The notes under the pieces are model-generated. The model saw nothing but the letters and a program-made list of their open reading frames with translations. It was not told the origin of the DNA and ran no database searches. Source: Bdellovibrionales bacterium (lineage in GTDB: Bacteria > Bdellovibrionota > FAC87 > UBA2466 > JACKAF01). From it: a stretch of DNA of 50,810 bases. Shown here piece after piece: positions 17,857-26,450 of the stretch. Where the stretch lies: NCBI GenBank assembly GCA_020435295.1, contig JAGQZV010000001.1, positions 1-50,810 of the forward strand. Reading direction: 5' to 3'. The position numbers and the translations under genes were made by a program. Position 1 is the first letter of the stretch. Each line of letters begins with the position of its first letter.

Positions 17857-19542
17857 ATGGTACGCCACTTGCGTTTGGCACTAGTATTGGCGCTCGGAAC
17901 AAGTTTGTTCCCAGCGGAAGGGTTTGGCCGCTCATACAAAGTAAAATACTTGGAAAATACGAACGGTCGAATCGTGTTGAGTCAGGGTTGGGTTGCCGCA
18001 AGGGCGCCTAAGAGTGGCTGGCTTGAAACTCGTTACCCGCAAACTGTCCAGGAACACACAGCACTCGACACTAATACTGTAGTGGAACTGGTGGCAGCGG
18101 ATTCCGAGATCTTGCAGCGCGAGTTAGTAAACCGAAACGTTTCTCCTAAGGCCTTCGATCCCATGGACTTTATTGAGGCGGATGAAGAGGTGGTTACACT
18201 GGTAGATAGTGGCCCCTCCGAAAATCGCATCGATCTCGTGTTTATGGGGGACGGCTATACCGCAGCGGAGCGCGACAAGTTTTTTGAGGACGCTCGTCGT
18301 CTGACAGACGACATGTTTAAGGGAGATACCTTTAGAAGCTACCTCCCTGTCTTCAATGTGCATGCCGTTTTTAAACCGTCGAATGTATCTGGAATCGGAG
18401 CGGGTAGTGAGCCCAAAGATACAGCGTATGGGCTCTATCGTGAGGGCAATACGTTGCGTGCGATCTTTGCCACCAATACCTCTGCAGCACGCCGTTCGTG
18501 CGCGCAGGCTCCGGATTGTGACTATCCAATCTTGATGGCAAACGACCCGTACTATGGCGGACTTGGTGGAGAATTTGCCATCACCACCAGCTCCCCCACT
18601 AGCGGTACTAAAGTTCTGAGACACGAACTCGGTCACAACTTTGGAAAAGTTGGGGAAGAGTATGATGGGGGCGGTTACTTCGGCGCGAACACCTCTTCTT
18701 CGGTGGGCAGCTTGAAGTGGAGCCATTGGACGGAGGGGAGTGTGGCGGCAGAGCCGGCGATCGCTCGCCACATTGAGTGGCCCTGGCACCACCTTTCCGA
18801 AGGGCCATACTCTGCTAGCTTTCGAAGTAATGGCGCATACCGTTACTTCGAAGTGCAATACAGTGCTTCGGGGGTCGAAACCGACGACACGCTTGATTTC
18901 CGTTTGGATGGCGAGCGGTTACCGGCACCTAGTCCTGGCCACAGTGATCGGGAGTTTGTGGAGTACTTCCATGACGGCGGGCTAACCTCGGGGTCACACA
19001 AGATAACCGTGGAAGAAAAAGTGCACGATGGAAACAACTGGTTATCCGATCTCACCGTCTATGAGTACGGTGATGAGTATCATTTTGATCCAGAGCATGT
19101 CGGGGCGTACCCTTTATTCAGTGAGTGGGGATCGATTGCGGGCTATAGACCCACCCATGAAACCTGTTTGATGCGTAACATGAAGTCGGTTCGTTTCTGC
19201 CCCATCTGCCAGGAAAATAACTGGCTGCAATTTTTCCGCAAGGTCTCTTTGATCGATGGCGTGGAAATTATCCCAGCGGGGGCCAACTATGAGGCCCACT
19301 TGCGGGTTCCATCCTTGGGTCAGTTCCGCAGCGAGGTTGTGAATGCCGATGAGCGTTTGGACGTTCGGTGGTACCGCAACGGGGAACTTGTGGGGTCTTT
19401 GGAAGGGCAGTTGGTCGGGCAAATCCCCGCCGTGCAGGCGAGCGATAACTGGGAAGTGGAAGTGCAATTCCATACCCCAGAAGTCCGAAAGGATTCGAGC
19501 GGACTGCTTGTTGCCCGAAAGAGGATTCGAGTAACTAATTAA
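17857..19542 (+). CDS. secreted M64-family (IgA peptidase-like) zinc metallopeptidase
   Basis: NRIDLVFMGDGYTAAERDKFFEDA and the HELGHNFG zinc site. ATG 17857 is preferred (GAGGAG Shine-Dalgarno, signal peptide MVRHLRLALVLALGTSLFPAEG). Confidence 0.72.
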   Translation: MVRHLRLALVLALGTSLFPAEGFGRSYKVKYLENTNGRIVLSQGWVAARAPKSGWLETRYPQTVQEHTALDTNTVVELVAADSEILQRELVNRNVSPKAFDPMDFIEADEEVVTLVDSGPSENRIDLVFMGDGYTAAERDKFFEDARRLTDDMFKGDTFRSYLPVFNVHAVFKPSNVSGIGAGSEPKDTAYGLYREGNTLRAIFATNTSAARRSCAQAPDCDYPILMANDPYYGGLGGEFAITTSSPTSGTKVLRHELGHNFGKVGEEYDGGGYFGANTSSSVGSLKWSHWTEGSVAAEPAIARHIEWPWHHLSEGPYSASFRSNGAYRYFEVQYSASGVETDDTLDFRLDGERLPAPSPGHSDREFVEYFHDGGLTSGSHKITVEEKVHDGNNWLSDLTVYEYGDEYHFDPEHVGAYPLFSEWGSIAGYRPTHETCLMRNMKSVRFCPICQENNWLQFFRKVSLIDGVEIIPAGANYEAHLRVPSLGQFRSEVVNADERLDVRWYRNGELVGSLEGQLVGQIPAVQASDNWEVEVQFHTPEVRKDSSGLLVARKRIRVTN

Positions 19543-19587
19543 TATTTATTAGCTTTCTGCTCACGTCCTAGCGGTCGTTGATCTTGG

Positions 19588-19614
19588 GCGCCCGACTTGT
19601 GTAAAGTCGGGCGC
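19588..19614 (+). terminator. perfect 11-bp stem hairpin after the M64 peptidase gene (no U-tract)
   Basis: gcgcccgactt-gtgta-aagtcgggcgc, read directly, beginning 46 nt after the stop codon. No T-run follows, so intrinsic termination is uncertain. Confidence 0.35.
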
Positions 19615-19651
19615 GTCGTATGGTGAGGGGGCGCTTTTGGAGTAGCGCCGC

Positions 19652-20692
19652 GTGAAATTCGGTACCCACATTCTGTTGGCCCTCCTGGTCTTTTGTGGGG
19701 GGGGCTTCGCTGGTCAGCCGCCCGCTGACGAGAACCCGGATCGTTTCGTTTCGGCAAGCAGGCTCCACCCTCCGGACGTTGTTAGCTCGGCTTCAGAGCG
19801 GGAGATCCGCACGAGTCTCCATTGCATTGAAGTGACGTTGGGAGAAGCCGGCTGGAAAAATAAGCACAACAAGCGGTTTTATAACTGGCTCTTTCGCTAC
19901 GCGCCTTTCGTGCTGAGCGAACAAAGAGAGTTTTGTGGCCTAAACGGGTGTCAGGATCTGGATTTTCTCCGCGATTTTTTCCGCTACAATCCAAAGCCCC
20001 ACACTCGACTGGTTCCTGACGAGTTTATTGTGCGTAACCCCGACGACGAAGTAGTTCGAAATATTCTTTTGGTGGGAGCTCACCCGCGTGAAGTGGAGTG
20101 GCTGCTCGCGAACTCTTCTGCGGGGCGCATCTTTGCTATTGATCATTCCAGGGGTGCAGTGAAGATGCTCAAGCAAACTGCCGAGAAACAAAATTGGCCG
20201 GCCGACCGGGTACGGATTAGAAAAGTGAGCATTCTTCACAATGACTTTGAGCGGATTCTTGCGGAGATGAATGACGGGAACCTTCCGCGGTTGCACTTTG
20301 TTTTCGCGATGTGGTCCGCCTTTTACGAGTTTAACCCGTCGGAGCAGGAGCGGCTGCTGAGCCGGGCACATGATCTCTTGCACAGCCCAGGCGGCCTAGT
20401 GATTGACTTTCTCTCCGATCCCATGCGTGCCGCTGAGCCGTTGGGGTACCGAACCGTGACGATCAACCTGGAGCAACTTGGTTTGGAGCCTCAACTTGTT
20501 ACTCGATTGCGAGCGTCCGATCCGCCGCCACCGCTTAACGTGTACATTCCCGGCCGTCAGCGGTTTATGGAAATGGTGGAACGCGCAGGGTTTGCCGCCC
20601 AATCCGGATTTGTCGACAGCCAGTCGCCAACTTTTCTCTACAATGAGGATCGCCAGCCGCGAGCGCTCTATCTTTTCGAACGGCGTGATTAG
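19652..20692 (+). CDS. exported protein with a class I methyltransferase-like (Rossmann) fold and a degenerate SAM loop
   Basis: GTG start and a signal/lipobox-like N-terminus (LLVFCGGG). ILLVGAHPRE, IFAIDHS, VFAMWSAFYEF and LLHSPGGLVIDF are arranged like methyltransferase motifs I, post-I, IV and V, but the GxGxG loop is absent. Confidence 0.45.
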   Translation: MKFGTHILLALLVFCGGGFAGQPPADENPDRFVSASRLHPPDVVSSASEREIRTSLHCIEVTLGEAGWKNKHNKRFYNWLFRYAPFVLSEQREFCGLNGCQDLDFLRDFFRYNPKPHTRLVPDEFIVRNPDDEVVRNILLVGAHPREVEWLLANSSAGRIFAIDHSRGAVKMLKQTAEKQNWPADRVRIRKVSILHNDFERILAEMNDGNLPRLHFVFAMWSAFYEFNPSEQERLLSRAHDLLHSPGGLVIDFLSDPMRAAEPLGYRTVTINLEQLGLEPQLVTRLRASDPPPPLNVYIPGRQRFMEMVERAGFAAQSGFVDSQSPTFLYNEDRQPRALYLFERRD

Positions 20693-21691
20693 TTACGAGC
20701 GCTTGGTCTTGAGCGTAAAGACGGTAACTTCGGACTCACTGAAGTACCGAACGGGTAGGGCAATGGTGCCTGCGCCAGAACTAGTATAACCGATCATTTG
20801 TTTGTGCTTCCATAGCCCGCGCGCGCGGGATCGGCCGGCCGTATGGTGCGTGAAAATTGGGTACCCCCCTGGTAGACAGATCTGTCCGCCGTGGGTGTGC
20901 CCGGCAAGGTAAAGACGGTAGTGATTGGCTTCGGCCATGGCATACATTTCCGCGGAATGCACAAACGCCATTTTGAACAGCTTGGGAGAAGTCTCCAGGG
21001 CCTCGAGGGCATATTCAGTATAGTAATAGTGAACGTCGTCTACTCCCGTGAAGGCAATTTTTTGCTTTTGGCGCTCCACCTCCACAGTTTCGTTTGCGAG
21101 GACCCGAATTCCCAAATTTTGAAAATCATTTACCATGTTGACTGTGTCATGATTTCCTAGTGTCGCGTAACACCCGTCCACGGTTTGGATCTCATTCAGA
21201 ATGGTTTTGAGGGGAGCTAGAATCTGTCGGTAGCCATTGTAAATTTTTTCCCGAAAATCTCCCGTGAAGATAGCGAGATCTACTTTTCCCTTGATCTGCT
21301 TTACGGCCGTCGCAATGCTGTGTTCAATCCCGGGAGTGAAATCCAGGTGCAAGTCCGTCAGATGAAGGACGCGATACCCGTCAAACGCAGAAGGGAGGTC
21401 GTCGAATTCTAATGTGATTTCTTTTAGCCTTACGTTTTGGGCGTTTCGTTTGCCTCTTCCAAAAAGACCGAAAACACGCAGAAAGAATCCTGCAAGGATG
21501 GTGAGTTGTTCGAAGAGCTCCCAACGCCTGCGGAAACTGGCGCCTGCTGGTTGGGACTTCGCCGATAGCGCTTCTAGTGCCGCACGTTTCGTCGCCCACA
21601 GCATGCGCTGCGTCGGCAGCGGCGTCGCCGCAGGAATGTCAGATTGGGAATACGAAGAGGGTTCGCTAGGCTTTGAGGTCATGGCGTCCAT
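20693..21691 (-). CDS. membrane-anchored metallophosphoesterase (YaeI-like, calcineurin superfamily)
   Basis: Motifs LHLTDLHLD, FTGDF, GNHD and AGHTHGGQ appear in canonical order, with an N-terminal TM segment. Confidence 0.85.
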   Translation of the reverse strand: MDAMTSKPSEPSSYSQSDIPAATPLPTQRMLWATKRAALEALSAKSQPAGASFRRRWELFEQLTILAGFFLRVFGLFGRGKRNAQNVRLKEITLEFDDLPSAFDGYRVLHLTDLHLDFTPGIEHSIATAVKQIKGKVDLAIFTGDFREKIYNGYRQILAPLKTILNEIQTVDGCYATLGNHDTVNMVNDFQNLGIRVLANETVEVERQKQKIAFTGVDDVHYYYTEYALEALETSPKLFKMAFVHSAEMYAMAEANHYRLYLAGHTHGGQICLPGGYPIFTHHTAGRSRARGLWKHKQMIGYTSSGAGTIALPVRYFSESEVTVFTLKTKRS

Positions 21692-21753
21692 GGCTTTTGT
21701 AAATATTGTCGGAAGAACAAGGGTTTAGGTTGAGAAAAAGACGATCGGCAAAA

Positions 21754-21829
<76 letters not shown>

Positions 21830-21916
21830 ATTTTCGAGATACCCACTGTGCTTGGGACTGAGCCGACCAACTTAAGCAATCGTGGCTGAAAACGCAAGCT
21901 TGGAAGGGCAGAAGGC

Positions 21917-23281
21917 CTAGGTCCCAGTCTTTGCGGGGCGCTCCAGGCCCAAGGCCAAGTGAACCGCATTGCGCGTGGATTTCTTCGCGCTGTACATTGC
22001 TTCGTCCGCGAGCTGTAGCAATGTTTCACGTTCTGCGGCGTGGACCGGGTACGTGGCTATACCGATACTTACCGTGGTGCTCAGTTTCTGATCCTGGATA
22101 ATGAACACTCGCCTCTCAATGTTCTTGCGGATACGTTCGGCGATGACTCGCGCCCCTTCGGTGTCTGCATTGTGGAGAATCACCACAAATTCGTCTCCGC
22201 CGTAGCGAAAGGCCGGATCAATACCCCTGACGGCGTTTTTTATGGTTTTGCCGATGGCCACCAGAAACTCGGATCCGATAACATGACCATATTTGTCGTT
22301 CACTTGCTTAAAGTGATCGACATCAATAAAGAGAATCGAAAAACTCTGATTGGGATCACGGCACTTCATGATGGCATTCGTGATGGCGAACTTCAAAAAG
22401 CGCGAGTTATAAAGCCCGGTCAAATCGTCCACAAAAGTCTGCTGTTTTAGCTCTTCAAACTTCTGGAGATTGAGTAAGCATAAATCCCCGTGCTCCTGGA
22501 TGAGCTTGGCCATGGATAGGTGACTTAGCTCCGATTTGTCCACTCCCCAAAGCAAAATGGAACTCTTGGGATAGTTCTGGCAGGCCAGCAGGACGTTGCA
22601 TTTGTTGCCTTTTGTAGGGTGAACGAGTGGCTCGTCGAGCCGTTCCGGGAACGCCTGATTGGGAACTTGTGCCAATACTAAGGAGGTGGGTGTGTTCTTG
22701 GGAACGGAGCAAAGTACCTCGGTATCGGTAAAACTGTCGCCTTCCGCTTCCAGCCAGGCGGCGCCTTCGCAATGCATCACAGATTGCATGTACTCTAGAG
22801 TGTATAGTTGGACCAACGTGGGGGTGGTACAGCTGGAAATCTGTGTTACGGCCCTAACCAAGCCGGTTTTGGAATCGTCCGGGGCCAGCCGCTGGATCAT
22901 TTCCTGGTGCTGCTGGCATTTTCGGACGCTCCACGCAAGCTCCTCCGGGCTTGTGGGCTTAAGCAAAAAATCTGCGAACCCGCTTCGAATGCATTGGAGC
23001 GCGACTTGGGCTGAGTCGGAACTGGATAGTGCAATCAAATCTGTCCCTGGAAATTGACGACGGATCTGCTGTAGTTGAACTTCCAACGGCGAGCTGAGGC
23101 AGTCCAGGTCAACAATGAGAACGCCCGGTTCCTCTTTTTCATAGTTCATCAGACTCATGTAGCGAGAGAACCACACCACCTTTTCGCAAAGCGGCCACAG
23201 GGCGTGCTCGTACGGGTGGCGGATCTCGTCCTGAGGCTGAAGTACGAAGATATGTTTCTTATTCAGGCGGTCCGATAACAT
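21917..23281 (-). CDS. diguanylate cyclase (GGDEF) with an N-terminal degenerate receiver-like domain
   Basis: RYGGDEF active site with an RGID I-site 5 residues upstream. The N-terminal REC-like region has Asp (LIVDLD) and Lys (LLKP), but the acidic DD pair is replaced (LQPQDE). ATG 23281 is preferred over TTG 23296. Confidence 0.85.
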   Translation of the reverse strand: MLSDRLNKKHIFVLQPQDEIRHPYEHALWPLCEKVVWFSRYMSLMNYEKEEPGVLIVDLDCLSSPLEVQLQQIRRQFPGTDLIALSSSDSAQVALQCIRSGFADFLLKPTSPEELAWSVRKCQQHQEMIQRLAPDDSKTGLVRAVTQISSCTTPTLVQLYTLEYMQSVMHCEGAAWLEAEGDSFTDTEVLCSVPKNTPTSLVLAQVPNQAFPERLDEPLVHPTKGNKCNVLLACQNYPKSSILLWGVDKSELSHLSMAKLIQEHGDLCLLNLQKFEELKQQTFVDDLTGLYNSRFLKFAITNAIMKCRDPNQSFSILFIDVDHFKQVNDKYGHVIGSEFLVAIGKTIKNAVRGIDPAFRYGGDEFVVILHNADTEGARVIAERIRKNIERRVFIIQDQKLSTTVSIGIATYPVHAAERETLLQLADEAMYSAKKSTRNAVHLALGLERPAKTGT

Positions 23282-23366
23282 GAAGCACCGTTCCAAGCTC
23301 CCGTAGGGAGTCTAGACACTGATCGGCTGCTTTTGGCCCACAGATTATGCGCGTTGCGTCTTCGCT

Positions 23367-26303
23367 TTACTCGCAGACTTGCGTCGCCTGGATCTCGCGG
23401 CCTTCTCCATCCAGCAATACTAGGTGGGCGCAGGACTGGCCTTGCCGCACCGATTGCGCTTCATTGAGGTCGATGGTGAAAGAGACGCTTTGGCCTGTTT
23501 CCAGTAGCCGGCGCCCGAAGGAACCAAGCACAACCGGTGTTTTTAAGACGCGATGCTCCAAGAGGCGTACGAACCAGGCGTCGGGCGCTTCTTTCGCAAA
23601 GGCGCCCTGCAGCTGGAATCGCCGCTCACCGCGGCAAGAACTACCCGCGAGGCTTACGGTGCTATCCAGCTCCAGTCCCCCCGATGTAAGCAAAGTCCCG
23701 TCTTCACAGAATACCATGTACGGGAAGTCCGTCATGAGATCGTAGAATTTCTTTGCGGTCTGAAATTGCAGATCCAGTGAAGCGTATGTCGCGGCATCTT
23801 GCTCGTTCCAGACCGAGTTGAAGTTCAGCACGTCCCCTTGGATGCGCAACGTCTTTTCGGTCATTAGTTCTCTGAGTTCCGCAGACGCCGAGGCTTTGAG
23901 CGGCGCGAAGTTGTTTTGTACCACGGCCTCGATGACTCCCGTTTCACTGGGCGCTTCCACTCGGACGGCGAGGCTGTAGGCTCTTAGTACAACCTCGATG
24001 TCGGCAGGTTTTTCGTTGTTTGCTGGAGCACTGATGTCCACCTCGTAGACCCCGGCTTTCCCAATGTTGGTGCGGGTGTAGATCGGAGGTTGCGGGGCGT
24101 CCCGATCCGGATCCGAGAAGTTCTTTACGAGTCGCCCGTCCTGATCGAGTAACTGGCCCCAAACTTTTGGCCCGCTAGTGCGCAGCTCAATCTGTGCGGC
24201 CGTGGTTCCAGCCGGCAAGTCGACAAAGGTGCGTAAGGTCTCCCCGACGGCTACTTGCTTATTCAACTTGTAGGTGAAGGAATTGGCGTCGCTCAGCACA
24301 AACGGGCGGATCACTGTTACCGGAATTTCAAAGGCGATGAGGCCGGTCGTGTCGTCAATCGCAGATATCTTTTCCGAAAGCAGGCCCGTGTGCCCATCTA
24401 GGTCGAGCTTCACCTGGAAACTACGAGGGGCCCGAGAGTGTACCCAGAAGTTCTCTGGGAGCTGCACCCAATCTGCACTGGATTCCAACTTGAACGTACG
24501 CAGAAACAGTGTCTTTGTTTCGGCGGCCGTTCCAGCGGGGAAAACAGGGCTAACCGTTACGGTAAACGCATTGCTGGGCGCTTGTCGCGAGCGAACGAAG
24601 ATCCCTTTTCCTTTTCCGTCCGGTGCCACGGAACTGTTGACCGTCACATCATATTCCATAGGAAGCGAGGCGTCCGTTTGCGCCAATTTTTCAAAAGCGC
24701 CCGGAATGTTCATCAAGCCGTGGCCTTGCTCAATCCACTTTAGATTTGCAACAGGTTTTGCGCCGTTGTAGACCGCCTGCGTGACGGAAACGCGATCCGT
24801 GGGCAAGCCTTTGTCCTTGGCCGCACTCAGAAGCACTGCCAACGCGCCGGTGACTTCGGGTGCCGCCATGGAAGTCCCGCGATAATTTTCGTGTCCGCCC
24901 GCCCAGATGGGTAGACTCGAAACGGCGCTGCCCGGAGCCGATATGGATGGTTTCCAGCCACCGTCTGCACGCGGACCAACCGATGAGAAGTACCACATGT
25001 TGTCGCGATCGACGCCTACATAGCCGTAGTTGTCGTGCGCGGTTTGTTTAGAAATGTACGCTCCTGGCGTGATGGCGCGATCGGCGCCGGCAGGCGTACC
25101 AATGGTTTGGACTCCGGGACCTTCGTTTCCGGCGCTGATTGAGAACAACACGTTCTTTTCGAGAGCGACCTTATCGACATACTTGTCGATCGCACTCCGG
25201 CCGAGATCGGAACCTGCGCGAATGCCGTAACTGATATTGATAACCTGAGCCCCGTTTTCTACGGCGAAGTCGATGGCTAGCATCTTTGATGCTGTCGTGG
25301 TGGATCCGCCGGAAAGCCTGTTGTCGCCGATTTTGCCGACAATGACTTGTGCCCCAGGGGCCACACCAGTCAACCCGTCTTCAGAATAACCCACTGCAAT
25401 GCCCGCGACGTGCGTACCGTGAGATCCATCGTCAAAACAGAGTGTTGCGATTGAGCCTTCATCAAGAATGTTAAATGCAGCAGAAAGCGTTTTTCCCTCG
25501 CCAAGTTTTACGAATTGATGAGAGTCTGCGTAGTTGCTCAGCTCGACTTCGTCGCCGAAGATGCGGTTGTGATTCGTGTCGACGCGACCAAATAGTTTGT
25601 TCCCTTTCTTGTAGGTAATCACACCCATGTCCTTGAAGGTTTCCGTGGGGATGTCGATGTTTGCGGCGGCGTACGCTCCGAATCTATAGTCCGAGCCGTC
25701 CACGTCTTTTACGTAGTACTCGATCCCGCTGACGGACTTGAAAATAAAGTTGGCGTCCACTTCGACTGGGCTAAGTTCCAGGCGCCCCTGTCCGGAGAAG
25801 TCTTGAAAGTCAGTGATCTTGATTTTACCTTCGGTGGTTTTTTTGAGCAGGGGGTGATCGAGCTCAATGCCAGTGTCTAATACCGCTATCGTGATACCCC
25901 GGCCATCATAGCCCGGGTTGGCCTTAATAAAACTGCGTGCGCCCATTTCTTCCGCTGGGATGAGCTTGAGTAACGTGGAGAGATCGCTCCTTGTGCGGCT
26001 CCCATCAGTGGGAGTCATCGCTTCGCGGTGGTTGTGCGTAACGGTTGCCTCACAGGCACGCAAGCGTAGGAATTCCGGCTTCTGATCTGTCATCAGAACG
26101 CCGCGCTGGTTGCGGTACAATACCTTTGCGCCAGAACTAACGAGCTCCGATTCGCACCGAACAGAATCCTCGAAGGAGTTCGCTATAAGGATGGACTCTA
26201 CGCGCGTAGCATCCACCAATTCAGGTTTGGAAGAGGGGGCGTTTTTCGAACACCCCAACAATGCAAAAATACACGCAAAGAAAGTTAAGGCCGTTACTCT
26301 CAT
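23367..26303 (-). CDS. large S8 (subtilisin-family) serine protease lipoprotein, TPPII-like layout
   Basis: Catalytic triad motifs AVLDTGIE (Asp), HGTHVAGIA (His) and GTSMAAPEVTGA (Ser), with about 150 aa inserted between Asp and His. Lipobox ALLGCS. Roughly 450-aa beta-rich C-terminal extension. Confidence 0.88.
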   Translation of the reverse strand: MRVTALTFFACIFALLGCSKNAPSSKPELVDATRVESILIANSFEDSVRCESELVSSGAKVLYRNQRGVLMTDQKPEFLRLRACEATVTHNHREAMTPTDGSRTRSDLSTLLKLIPAEEMGARSFIKANPGYDGRGITIAVLDTGIELDHPLLKKTTEGKIKITDFQDFSGQGRLELSPVEVDANFIFKSVSGIEYYVKDVDGSDYRFGAYAAANIDIPTETFKDMGVITYKKGNKLFGRVDTNHNRIFGDEVELSNYADSHQFVKLGEGKTLSAAFNILDEGSIATLCFDDGSHGTHVAGIAVGYSEDGLTGVAPGAQVIVGKIGDNRLSGGSTTTASKMLAIDFAVENGAQVINISYGIRAGSDLGRSAIDKYVDKVALEKNVLFSISAGNEGPGVQTIGTPAGADRAITPGAYISKQTAHDNYGYVGVDRDNMWYFSSVGPRADGGWKPSISAPGSAVSSLPIWAGGHENYRGTSMAAPEVTGALAVLLSAAKDKGLPTDRVSVTQAVYNGAKPVANLKWIEQGHGLMNIPGAFEKLAQTDASLPMEYDVTVNSSVAPDGKGKGIFVRSRQAPSNAFTVTVSPVFPAGTAAETKTLFLRTFKLESSADWVQLPENFWVHSRAPRSFQVKLDLDGHTGLLSEKISAIDDTTGLIAFEIPVTVIRPFVLSDANSFTYKLNKQVAVGETLRTFVDLPAGTTAAQIELRTSGPKVWGQLLDQDGRLVKNFSDPDRDAPQPPIYTRTNIGKAGVYEVDISAPANNEKPADIEVVLRAYSLAVRVEAPSETGVIEAVVQNNFAPLKASASAELRELMTEKTLRIQGDVLNFNSVWNEQDAATYASLDLQFQTAKKFYDLMTDFPYMVFCEDGTLLTSGGLELDSTVSLAGSSCRGERRFQLQGAFAKEAPDAWFVRLLEHRVLKTPVVLGSFGRRLLETGQSVSFTIDLNEAQSVRQGQSCAHLVLLDGEGREIQATQVCE

Positions 26304-26450
26304 GTTCCCCCCAAAACCCATTAGCACCCGTCACGTAAAACGAGCGCCACCTTTCTACGCATGACATGACAGGACAAGGGATGTCAAATCGGTTGCGGGA
26401 AGGATTCTATCCCCTGGTGCAAGTTGCTAACACCTTAGGGCCTTTTTCCT

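Noticed and set aside
18124-18858. Long antisense ORFs inside well-supported genes: 244 aa opposite the M64 peptidase, 16195-16827 opposite oppA, 8105-8668 opposite the sigma-54 regulator, and 39558-40298 and 40000-40596 over the ABC-2 permease/SCO1.
   Set aside because: They lie entirely within genes that have strong motif support on the other strand or frame. They have no Shine-Dalgarno or recognisable motifs, and their Arg/Ser/Pro/Gly-rich composition is typical of shadow ORFs in GC-rich coding DNA.
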